The position numbers and the translations under genes were made by a program. Below, one piece after another: positions 39,544-48,317 of a stretch of 64,000 nt of DNA (position 1 is the stretch's first letter; every line of letters starts with the position of its first letter). Source of the DNA: Candidatus Latescibacterota bacterium (lineage in GTDB: Bacteria > Latescibacterota > UBA2968 > UBA8231); assembly GCA_965203175.1 (NCBI GenBank), contig OZ241867.1, forward strand, positions 160,001 to 224,000. The letters run 5' to 3'. The notes below the pieces were generated by a model that saw only the letters and a program-made list of their open reading frames with translations, was not told the DNA's origin and did no database searches.

Positions 39544-40863
39544 TTAGAACGGCCTTCCCTCGCCGTCGTAGAGTAAGCCAGGGGCCGGGAAGCGAGCGCA
39601 GAGTGCCCGCACTTCAGCCGCTACCTCGGCGTACTCCGCTTTCCGGTCGTCGAGTTCAAGCGCTTTATTGGCCCGGACCTGAGCTACCTGATCCATCCAC
39701 TCGGCCAACTGCTCCATCTCCTCGGCACCAAAGCCCCGGCTGGTAATCGCCGGCGTACCGATGCGGATGCCGCTGGGCTTGCGCGCCGGCCGCGGATCAA
39801 AGGGCACGCGATTGAAATTGCAGACGATACCCGATGCGTCCAGCGCCTTGGCCATCGCGTAACCAGTAATGCCCTTATTAGTCATGTCCATGAGGATCAG
39901 GTGGTTGTCGGTGCCGCCCGAACTGAGGGCAAAACCCCGCGCCGACAGCGCATCGGCCAAGGTCTGAGCGTTGGCGACGATCTGCTGGGCATACAGCTTA
40001 AACTCCTCGCCCATCGCCTCCTTGAGCGCCACGGCAATCGCCGCGGTGGTGCTGTTGTGCGGCCCACCCTGCAAGCCTGGGAACACCGCTTTATCGAGGG
40101 CGTCGGCGTACTGCTCCCGGCACAAAATCATCCCGCCGCGCGGCCCCCGCAGCGACTTGTGCGTAGTCGTAGTTACCACGTCCACGTGCGGCACGGGACT
40201 GGGATGCACCCCAGTGGCCACCAACCCGGCAATATGCGCGATGTCGGCAACCACGATGGCCCCCACGGAATGCCCGATCTCAGCAAAGCGCGCAAAGTCA
40301 ACAATGCGTGGATAGGCCGTGCCCCCGCAGAAGAGCAGCTTGGGCCGGTGTTCCCTAGCCAGCGCTTCGACTTGGTCGAAGTCGATTTTGCCCGAGTTCC
40401 GGCACACTCCGTATTGCACGGACTTGTAGTGCATCCCCGAGATGCTGACTCGGTCGCCGTGCGTCAGATGACCTCCGTGCGCCAGCGCCAAGCCCATGAC
40501 CGTATCGCCCGGCGAGCACAGGCCGACGTACACGGCCTGATTGGCCGGCGAGCCCGAATAGGGCTGCACATTGACGTGCTCGGCACCAAAAACTTCCTTG
40601 GCTCGCTCGACGCACAGCCGCTCGATCTTATCAATTTCTCGCTGGCCTTCGTAGTAGCGCGCGCCTGCGTACCCTTCGGAGTACTTATTCGTCAGAATTG
40701 AACCGCTGGCTTCGAGTACGGCTTGACTGGCGTAGTTTTCAGATGGGATCAGGCGAATTTTGTTGTGTTGACGCCTGTTTTCAGCGCGAATGATGGCCTC
40801 GACTTCTGGGTCCACTGCTGCCAGCGTCCCCACGATTTCGGGCCGCACCGCCACTGCCTCCAT
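39544..40863 (-). CDS. glyA: Serine hydroxymethyltransferase
   Basis: LIPSENY, NKYSEGY, GGHLTHG, TTTHKSLRGPRGG, FPGLQGGP. Confidence 0.97.
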   Translation of the reverse strand: MEAVAVRPEIVGTLAAVDPEVEAIIRAENRRQHNKIRLIPSENYASQAVLEASGSILTNKYSEGYAGARYYEGQREIDKIERLCVERAKEVFGAEHVNVQPYSGSPANQAVYVGLCSPGDTVMGLALAHGGHLTHGDRVSISGMHYKSVQYGVCRNSGKIDFDQVEALAREHRPKLLFCGGTAYPRIVDFARFAEIGHSVGAIVVADIAHIAGLVATGVHPSPVPHVDVVTTTTHKSLRGPRGGMILCREQYADALDKAVFPGLQGGPHNSTTAAIAVALKEAMGEEFKLYAQQIVANAQTLADALSARGFALSSGGTDNHLILMDMTNKGITGYAMAKALDASGIVCNFNRVPFDPRPARKPSGIRIGTPAITSRGFGAEEMEQLAEWMDQVAQVRANKALELDDRKAEYAEVAAEVRALCARFPAPGLLYDGEGRPF

Positions 40864-40936
40864 TGGTTTTGTCCTCCCCAGCGCGTTTGTTAATTTTGGT
40901 GTGAACAGCTTACAAAAATTACGGCGGAGCATTTCC

Positions 40937-42505
40937 ATGAGCAAGTATTTGGGCATCGACTCTAGTACCCAATCCATCACCGGCCTACTCATCGACGCAG
41001 AGCAGCGCGCCATCGTCGCCGAAGCGTCCATCAACTTCGACGAGCACTTCAAAGCCACTTATGGAGTCGTCAATGGCGTCCTCGACCTCGGTGAGGGCGT
41101 TGTCCACAGTGTGCCCCTGATGTGGGCCGAAGCGCTGGACCTGCTCCTGCAAACGCTCGCCGACCAAGGCCACGATCTCGGCGCAGTGCAAGCCATCGCC
41201 GGCAGCGGCCAACAGCACGGCACCGTTTATCTCAACGCCTGTGGCGGCCCAGTCCTAGCGCGTCTGTCGCCCAGCCAGCCGCTCAAAGACCAGCTAGCCG
41301 CCATCTTCGCCCGCCCAACTTCTCCCATTTGGATGGATACTTCCACGGCCTCGCAATGCGCCGAGATTGAAGCGGGCGTCGGTGGGCGCGATGCACTCCT
41401 CGCGCTCACGGGCAACGCGGCCTTTGAGCGCTTCAGCGGGCCGCAGGTCCGCAAATTTTACCAAACCGAACCCGCTGCTTACGCGGATACGACGTATATC
41501 GGCTTGGTCAGCTCCTACGTCGCCAGCCTGCTCGCTGGTCGGCTCGTTGGCGTTGACCTCGGTGACGGCAGCGGCACCAACATGATGAACATTGCCGCGC
41601 GCCAGTGGAGCACGCACGCGCTCGACGCGACCGCCCCCGGCCTAGCCGCCAAACTCCTGCCCATCGCCCCCTCGGGCCAGCCCGTCGGCTCCATCAGCCC
41701 TTATTACGTGGGTCGCTACGGCTTTGCGGACGACTGCCTTGTGCTGCCCTTTTCCGGCGACAATCCGTGCAGCCTCATCGGCCTCGGCCTCGTCGCCCCA
41801 GGGCAAGTCGCCCTGAGCTTGGGCACCTCAGACACTTTGTTCGCCTGCATGGACCAGCCGCGCACTTCCGCAGCCGGCGAGGGCGCGGTCTTCGCCTCAC
41901 CCGACGGCACGCACTATATGGCCCTGACTTGCTATCTCAACGGCAGCTTGGCCCGCGAAGCCGTGCGCGATCAATACGGCATGAATTGGAATCAGTTCAC
42001 CAGTGCCCTACGCGCCACGCCGCCGGGCAACAACGGTGCGCTCATGCTCCCTTACTTCGCGCCAGAAATCGTCCCCAAAGTCCCCCAACCCAACGTCATC
42101 CGCCAAAACCTCGAACCCGACGACGCACCAGCCAATGTCCGCGCCGTCATCGAGGCCCAAGCCCTTTCCTCGCGCATTCACGCGCGTTGGATGAGAGTAG
42201 AAATTTCCTCGCTCTACGTCACCGGCGGCGCTTCGGCCAACGCCGAAATCCTGCGCGTCTTCGCCAACGTCCACAACTGTCCAGTTCATCGCTTCGAGAC
42301 GACCAATTCAGCGGCCCTAGGCGCGGCCTTGCGCGCGGCCCACGCTCACCAATCCTCAGCCGGCCACGCACCTTCGTGGGCGGAAGTTGTCGAGCCATTT
42401 GCACAGCCGGTCGCCGGATCGACCATCGAACCAGAACCAATAGCCGTAGCCGAGTACGACGAACTCATCGGCCAGTACGCCGCTTTAGAGCAAGCACACA
42501 CTTAG
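40937..42505 (+). CDS. xylB: Xylulokinase (FGGY family, eukaryote-type subfamily)
   Basis: LGIDSSTQS, GSGQQHG, SPIWMDTST, TGN.AFERFSGPQ, GDNP, SLGTSDT, TGGAS.N. Confidence 0.8.
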   Translation: MSKYLGIDSSTQSITGLLIDAEQRAIVAEASINFDEHFKATYGVVNGVLDLGEGVVHSVPLMWAEALDLLLQTLADQGHDLGAVQAIAGSGQQHGTVYLNACGGPVLARLSPSQPLKDQLAAIFARPTSPIWMDTSTASQCAEIEAGVGGRDALLALTGNAAFERFSGPQVRKFYQTEPAAYADTTYIGLVSSYVASLLAGRLVGVDLGDGSGTNMMNIAARQWSTHALDATAPGLAAKLLPIAPSGQPVGSISPYYVGRYGFADDCLVLPFSGDNPCSLIGLGLVAPGQVALSLGTSDTLFACMDQPRTSAAGEGAVFASPDGTHYMALTCYLNGSLAREAVRDQYGMNWNQFTSALRATPPGNNGALMLPYFAPEIVPKVPQPNVIRQNLEPDDAPANVRAVIEAQALSSRIHARWMRVEISSLYVTGGASANAEILRVFANVHNCPVHRFETTNSAALGAALRAAHAHQSSAGHAPSWAEVVEPFAQPVAGSTIEPEPIAVAEYDELIGQYAALEQAHT

Positions 42506-42817
42506 GGCGCAGTACAACACAAAAAAGATCGAGTTATATGCTAGGCCCGTCGGCATCTAAAATGGGTACTGGAAACGCAATGTTGATCAAACGGGTTTGT
42601 TATTAACGAACATAGTGGACAAGGCAACAACTCGGCTTGGTAGCTCGATGTAGAAGAAGCCGCTTGACACAGGGCCTTTTTTTCAACTATATATCATATT
42701 TTTCACCACCTTGCGATGTCGCGAGCCCTGTATAAGACGGACATTCACAAGGTTGTAATACTGCTCTATGATCATTGAATTGGCTGCGACAAAAAGAGCG
42801 CAGGTTTGCGCGGACAG

Positions 42818-44494
42818 ATGGCTACTTGCTGGGCCGTGACGGTGATTGTCGGGCTGATGGCCGTCGATTCATGGGCTGTGAATTCAGCCGTGCTGGCCAG
42901 AGTCGGGAGCGAAGTCATTCTGGTAGATGACTTGCTCCGCGCCGGGCGCAATATGCGTCGTTTTGCAGCGGGAAATGCGCGGGAAATGCTACAGCCTTTT
43001 ATCGATCGCAAGCTTCTGGTCTTAGAGGCAAAGGCAAAGGGTTTGGATCAGCACCCCGACGTGGTCGCAATCGTGCAACAGGCGCGCGACCGGAGGCTGG
43101 TCGAGCGTCTGTACGGGGAAGTCACGGGAGATGTTTCTATATCAGAAGAGGAACTGCGATCGCATTTCCACCGGAGCGGATTGCACAAAAAACGAGAAGT
43201 GCGGGCGAGTCATATTCAGGTAGGCAGTCTCGAAGAAGCCCAAGCCGTGCAAGAGCAACTGTGGCAAGGTGCTGATTTTGCAGTACTGGCGCGTGAGCAG
43301 TCCCTCGATCGCACATCGGCGGCCAAAGGTGGAGACATGGGTTTCTGGCAGGAGGAGGAAGCACAGCACAGCGGGTTTGTCGCCGAGCTTTTTCACCTGC
43401 CGGTTGGCCAAGTGTCCGAACCGTACCGCAACTCGCAGGGAACCTACCACCTGATCAAGGCCGATGAAGAGCGCTACGTCAGTTTTGAGCGCCAAAAGAA
43501 GATGCTGCGCCAAACGCTGGAAAAGCAGCAAAAAAAAGATCGCTGGTCCAAATACTTAGCCGACCAAAAAACGCACTTTGGTTTTTCAGTAGATGCCCAG
43601 GTATTGGGCGTATTGTTGCAGCGGGGGCGATTAGCTGAAGGCGGTGTGCCCGTGCTAGAAGCAGGAGACCACGCGCGCATCCTGCTGAGCTATAGTGGAG
43701 GGAACATCGACCTGAACGCGTATATGGCTTTGGTAGAGGAGGCCGAACCCAAGCGCCGTCCCCACGCCATAGATAGCACTGCCGTGGTCGAATTTGCCCA
43801 AGACGAAGTACTGCGCAAAATCCTGCTGCCTCTACTGGCCCAACAACGGGGATTGGATCGCGAGGAAGCGGTGATTGAGTTCGTCCGAGATAAGCGCGAA
43901 GAGGCCCTAGTCGAGATGCTGCGGCGAACGGAAGTAGAAGAACACTTTGTCACAGAAGAACAACAGCGCGTTTTATATAGAGATTTGGCAGACGAATTCA
44001 CTCTGCCAATGCGCACGTTTTTTGCCGGTGCCTTGGTCAATTCGGAACCAGCTTCGCGCGCCATCGCCCAGCGCGTGCGCGCCGGCGAGGATATGGCTGA
44101 GATCATGTGCGAGTATCCGGCATTTAAAGGACGCGTGCGTCAGTTCGACATATTTAACTTCACGCTGGCTGACACGGCGACGGCCCAAGGCGCTATGGCC
44201 ACCATGATCCAAGCCGTGCGGGGTGTGCCGATTGGTGGCATCGAGGGTCCGCTCCCCATCCAGTTGAGCGGCGATATGAAGGGGTATCTCGTGCTCGAAG
44301 TACTGGCGATGCGTCCGGAAAAGACCCTCTCTTTTTCTACACCCAAGGTGCAGTCCAGAATATGGCGTCAATTGCGCTACGCCCATCGGCACGCGATTGA
44401 AGAAGACTTTGATAGCTATCTAGATGAGTTGAGGCATAAATATAGGACTGAGATAGTTGTCGATGAACAGGCCCTGTCTAATCTGGAAAAGTAG
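42818..44494 (+). CDS. Periplasmic parvulin-type peptidyl-prolyl isomerase/chaperone (SurA/PrsA/PpiD-like)
   Basis: Signal peptide; VRASHIQV...GADFAVLAREQSLD..SAAKGGDMG...VGQVSEP...YHLIK; degenerate second domain. Confidence 0.85.
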   Translation: MATCWAVTVIVGLMAVDSWAVNSAVLARVGSEVILVDDLLRAGRNMRRFAAGNAREMLQPFIDRKLLVLEAKAKGLDQHPDVVAIVQQARDRRLVERLYGEVTGDVSISEEELRSHFHRSGLHKKREVRASHIQVGSLEEAQAVQEQLWQGADFAVLAREQSLDRTSAAKGGDMGFWQEEEAQHSGFVAELFHLPVGQVSEPYRNSQGTYHLIKADEERYVSFERQKKMLRQTLEKQQKKDRWSKYLADQKTHFGFSVDAQVLGVLLQRGRLAEGGVPVLEAGDHARILLSYSGGNIDLNAYMALVEEAEPKRRPHAIDSTAVVEFAQDEVLRKILLPLLAQQRGLDREEAVIEFVRDKREEALVEMLRRTEVEEHFVTEEQQRVLYRDLADEFTLPMRTFFAGALVNSEPASRAIAQRVRAGEDMAEIMCEYPAFKGRVRQFDIFNFTLADTATAQGAMATMIQAVRGVPIGGIEGPLPIQLSGDMKGYLVLEVLAMRPEKTLSFSTPKVQSRIWRQLRYAHRHAIEEDFDSYLDELRHKYRTEIVVDEQALSNLEK

Positions 44495-44548
44495 TGGCTC
44501 TGCGTTTCTACCCCTAGACGAGCCCAGATCTCTCTACTCTAAATGCGG

Positions 44549-44558
44549 AAGGAGGTGA
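44549..44558 (+). promoter_or_regulatory. Perfect 10-nt Shine-Dalgarno-like element about 80 nt upstream of the likely start
   Basis: AAGGAGGTGA abuts an ATG with zero spacing; the functional-looking SD AAGGAG is at 44625-44630. Confidence 0.5.
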
Positions 44559-44636
44559 ATGGATACAGCGTTCGCAACTGCAACTGCAGGAGCAGAAAGA
44601 ACAATATCTCTAATTCCATCAGATAAGGAGAAAAAG

Positions 44637-45566
44637 ATGCGCAAAAACGCACTCATAGCAGCAATGTTGTCCGTGGCACTGGCTAGCTTCGCCTGGGGCC
44701 AGTCCAATGCCAACGGCATCGGTTACTTCGCCTTAGAGGTGCCTACTAATGTTACCATCACCATTGATGGCGACGATGGCGACTGGGCGTGGTTCGACCC
44801 CATTTTCACCGTTGGTCCCGACGAGATGTATGAAATCCAGAAGGCCGAAGTGCTGGACAAGAGCGATCTCGACGTGGCCATCATGACGGCGTGGACGGGC
44901 ACGGACCGCGACAACAGGCTCTACGGCTTTGTGCGCGCCACCGACGACACGCTAGTCGTCACCTCCGACGTCTTTGACGACGGCTGGCGCGACGATGATC
45001 TCGAGATCATCACTGACGCCAACGCCAGCGGCGGTCCACACGACGGCGACGGCGAGTCAGGCACGCGCGCTGAGGGGCAGCAGTTTACCATGCATTTGCC
45101 AGTCCCCGGCGTGTATGAAACGCCCTATGGCGGCGACGGCTCTTGGTGGTTGCGCTGGCAGGTGGTCGAGGAAATCCACTGGATGGATGAGTTTGCCGAG
45201 TCCAGAGTGACGACCAATCCTCCGGGAGCGACCACGGGTTCGACCAACGTCACGGTCAACTACGAGTACAGCATTCCCCTCTGGGATTACGCGTCGTTGG
45301 ACGGTGCGGATAACAGTATCCGCCACGAAAACGAGGCTGGGCAGATCATCCGCCTGACCTATCAGTTGAACGAAGCGGATAATCCCGAAGATCGCCGCAC
45401 CCACCAGCTAGCAACAACCGGTGAGGACGGCGCTTCGGGCAACTGCGATGTCTGCTCGGAGTACACGCTGCTCGGAGCCGACGAGTACGAACGCGCCGAC
45501 GGCGGCGCGGGCACCGCAGTGGAATCCAAGAGCTGGGCAAAAATCAAAGCGACCTTCAACGACTAA
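44637..45566 (+). CDS. Secreted acidic CBM9/DOMON-like protein with C-terminal TAVESKSWAKIK tail
   Basis: Signal peptide; ITIDGDDGDW, LYGFVRATDD, DDLEI..D, YEYSIPLW resemble the CBM9-like fold. Confidence 0.7.
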   Translation: MRKNALIAAMLSVALASFAWGQSNANGIGYFALEVPTNVTITIDGDDGDWAWFDPIFTVGPDEMYEIQKAEVLDKSDLDVAIMTAWTGTDRDNRLYGFVRATDDTLVVTSDVFDDGWRDDDLEIITDANASGGPHDGDGESGTRAEGQQFTMHLPVPGVYETPYGGDGSWWLRWQVVEEIHWMDEFAESRVTTNPPGATTGSTNVTVNYEYSIPLWDYASLDGADNSIRHENEAGQIIRLTYQLNEADNPEDRRTHQLATTGEDGASGNCDVCSEYTLLGADEYERADGGAGTAVESKSWAKIKATFND

Positions 45567-45586
45567 CCAAACGGTCCTTTGAACAC

Positions 45587-45618
45587 TATTGGGCGGCGGC
45601 ATCTGCCGCCGCCCAATA
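45587..45618 (+). other. Strong GC-rich intergenic hairpin without a U-tract (stabiliser or attenuator)
   Basis: TATTGGGCGGCGGC-ATCT-GCCGCCGCCCAATA. Confidence 0.7.
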
Positions 45619-45651
45619 ACCGGCATTGCAATTACACTTCCCGAGGTTAAC

Positions 45652-46386
45652 ATGATGGTACGGTTCGGTGCGTGGCTGTGTTCCCTGGTGATGTTGGCAG
45701 GATGTGGACGTTATTTTGACGGGCCAATTCAGCCAGCTCCGCAGGGACAGCAAGAGGCCGATATGGTGATTAAAGACGATGGCTTGATCATCTATTCGTT
45801 CGAGCGTCTGGAGATCGGTCTGCGCCCTATGACCGACGCCGAATTGAACCGCAAATTCCCACAGCAGTCTACGCAAGGGGCCATATCGACCAATCCCTAT
45901 ACTTTCGGCAACTGGAAGCGCATGGGCGAAGAGTGGATGCCGCCCAAATACAGCATATGGCTGCTAAAAGTTAAAAATTACGCCTATCCTAAAGTCGGCG
46001 TCGATCCTCTCAGGATTGAGCTAATTTCAAAGGATGGATATCGCAAGTACGCGCCCCTAGAACCGCTGCAGATCCTAGAATACTACTATTCGTTTATTCA
46101 GGGATATGCCGGCAACGAATACCGGCGTTTTAACGAGCGCGAAGATATGCTCAAGCGCACTATGTTTCAGGAGCAGATCATCTTCAGCGGCCAAGAATCA
46201 GAGGGTTTTGTCGTTTTTCCGAGCCTCGCACCCGACGTGAAGGAGTTTTCTATCCACGTCAAGGGCATTGCATTGCGATACAATTACCGCGACGAGCCCG
46301 TGGAGACCAAGGATCTAACCTTTCACTTTCAGCGCGAGGTGTTTAAGGGGTTTAAGCCACCGCCCGAACTGGTGAATAAGCAATGA
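45652..46386 (+). CDS. Hypothetical lipoprotein
   Basis: Lipobox LAGC; stop overlaps the next start. Confidence 0.8.
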   Translation: MMVRFGAWLCSLVMLAGCGRYFDGPIQPAPQGQQEADMVIKDDGLIIYSFERLEIGLRPMTDAELNRKFPQQSTQGAISTNPYTFGNWKRMGEEWMPPKYSIWLLKVKNYAYPKVGVDPLRIELISKDGYRKYAPLEPLQILEYYYSFIQGYAGNEYRRFNEREDMLKRTMFQEQIIFSGQESEGFVVFPSLAPDVKEFSIHVKGIALRYNYRDEPVETKDLTFHFQREVFKGFKPPPELVNKQ

Positions 46387-48290
46387 TGGCTTCCTTTCGG
46401 CGAACTGCTTCGGTCGGGCTGATCCTGTCGTTCTGTATTGGGACGGCGGAACTGCGAGCCGATGTCTGGGGGGTCGGCCTAGGTGGACAAGCCTGGGAGG
46501 AACCAGCGCAGACTATGGCGGGGGTAGTTGTAGGCGAAGGGCAAGCCCTGGGGCCGGCTAGCTTTTCGCTTGAGCAGAACATAACTCAGTTTATCGTCTG
46601 GGGAGTCGGCGCGCCCAGCAGTTTTATCGCCGAGGGCAACGGACAGGTGTGGAACAATTCGGCGCGGGGCATTGGGGGGTCTGAGGTCCTAGTGGACGGA
46701 GATGGCACGACCAGCACGGAAAATAGCTTTAAGGAAGTGGGGGTCAATCAGCGCGGACGCATTTTTTTTCTAGATCTCGGGGCTTCGTTTCCAGTTAGCC
46801 AGATTGTTTTTTACCCCCGCGAAGGAGAGGATGAATTCGTCGCCGGTTACGAGATATCACTCAATGACGGGCGCACTTTCGACGCCAATGACTCGCCCGT
46901 TTACGAGGCCGTTCGCCAAGTGACGATCAACCGCGATCCAAGAGTGGATGTGCGCTTCCCGACTCAATTGGTGCGCTTTATTCAACTCAGAGTGCTTTCA
47001 CCGAGCCCCTTTGAACTGGCAGAAATCGAAGTACACGGCGAAGGCTTTGTACCGCGTGGACTCTACGAAACACAGCTCATCCAGTTTGCACAGCCTGTCA
47101 ACTACGGTGCATTGACTTTTCGCGCGCACAGAGTTTCGCTGTCCGAGGAAGGCGAAAGCAGCGCGGGTGCCGACGAGCAAGTGCGGGTGATCGTGCAGAT
47201 GCGCAACGGCGTCGACGAAACGCCTCTCGACTACTACCAAATCGCCGACGTAGAGACCCGGTCGGAAGTGCTGATCAGCAAAGAGGAGTACGAAGAACTG
47301 CCGTTGGTCCTCAAGGGCAGCATTCGCCCGGATGCCACGCACTGGTCCTCTTGGACGGAGCCGCTCATCGCCGACTCTAGTGGCACGTATTCCATTCCGC
47401 TGGATCTGCCGGGGCCGCGCGATTTTTTCCAGGTGCGCCTGCGCTTTGAGGGCAATACCTCCGCCAGCATGCAGATCGATAGCCTAGCCATCGTGCACAC
47501 GCCGCCGTTGGCTGCGCTGGCATTGAGCGAAGTAGCCCTATTGGACGATCCCTTTCCGGCCGGTGGACGCGCGTCCGTTCCGGCCGGTCGGGATACGGTT
47601 TTCACCTACGACATAAAGGCCGACTTAGGCGAGGGAACGGGCTTTGACGGCGTGCGTATCTCGACGCTGATACAGCCCGAATTTCTCAAATTGGAAATGG
47701 GGCACGAGTTGGAGGAGATACAGCCGGATAGCGTGCACGTGGACGATACGGGTTTGCGCGTTTATTTCCCATCCCGGCGCATTAGCACAGGAGAAGATGT
47801 GCGTCTGCGGATTACGTTTCGCTCGCAGGCCCTACTTTTTTCCACCCAGTTTATAGGACAGCTTCTGGATACGACGGGCAGCCTTCCCCAGCGCATTGCC
47901 GAGGGCGACGCGACGCGGGAAGTAGGCACGGACTCGCAGGAGGTAATTTTCCTCGCCAGCGGCGAAAGCGTGCTGCAGTCCTTTGCCGTTTCTCCACCGG
48001 CGATAACGCCCAATGGCGATGGCATAAATGATTCGTCCGTCTTCTCTTTTGTGCTCATCCATTTGGTGCAGCCCGCCGCGGCGGAACTGCTCGTATACGA
48101 TCTTTCGGGTCGCTTAATAAAAAACGTGCTCTCCGATGCGCTGACCGCCGGGCGTTATACCCAGTGGCACTGGGACGGAACGAACAATGCCGGCGATCTG
48201 GTGCCACCAGGGACCTATATCGCCAGAGCCTCAATACAGGCAGCTGCCGACGAAGTCAACCGCATGCGCCTGATCTACGTGGCCTATTAA
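46383..48290 (+). CDS. Secreted discoidin-like protein with TPNGDG/FlgD-Ig C-terminal domain (paralog 1)
   Basis: Signal peptide; LDLG, RFIQL, AEIEVHGEGF; ITPNGDGIND...YDLSGR...WDG.N..G..VPPGTY; ends YVAY. Confidence 0.8.
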   Translation: MMASFRRTASVGLILSFCIGTAELRADVWGVGLGGQAWEEPAQTMAGVVVGEGQALGPASFSLEQNITQFIVWGVGAPSSFIAEGNGQVWNNSARGIGGSEVLVDGDGTTSTENSFKEVGVNQRGRIFFLDLGASFPVSQIVFYPREGEDEFVAGYEISLNDGRTFDANDSPVYEAVRQVTINRDPRVDVRFPTQLVRFIQLRVLSPSPFELAEIEVHGEGFVPRGLYETQLIQFAQPVNYGALTFRAHRVSLSEEGESSAGADEQVRVIVQMRNGVDETPLDYYQIADVETRSEVLISKEEYEELPLVLKGSIRPDATHWSSWTEPLIADSSGTYSIPLDLPGPRDFFQVRLRFEGNTSASMQIDSLAIVHTPPLAALALSEVALLDDPFPAGGRASVPAGRDTVFTYDIKADLGEGTGFDGVRISTLIQPEFLKLEMGHELEEIQPDSVHVDDTGLRVYFPSRRISTGEDVRLRITFRSQALLFSTQFIGQLLDTTGSLPQRIAEGDATREVGTDSQEVIFLASGESVLQSFAVSPPAITPNGDGINDSSVFSFVLIHLVQPAAAELLVYDLSGRLIKNVLSDALTAGRYTQWHWDGTNNAGDLVPPGTYIARASIQAAADEVNRMRLIYVAY

Positions 48291-48317
48291 TGCCCATTTA
48301 AACGCGGAAAACTGAGT

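Noticed and set aside
42664-42697. TTGACA upstream of the PPIase as a defined sigma-70 promoter
   Set aside because: Plausible, but no clean -10 at 17-nt spacing, so not reported as a feature
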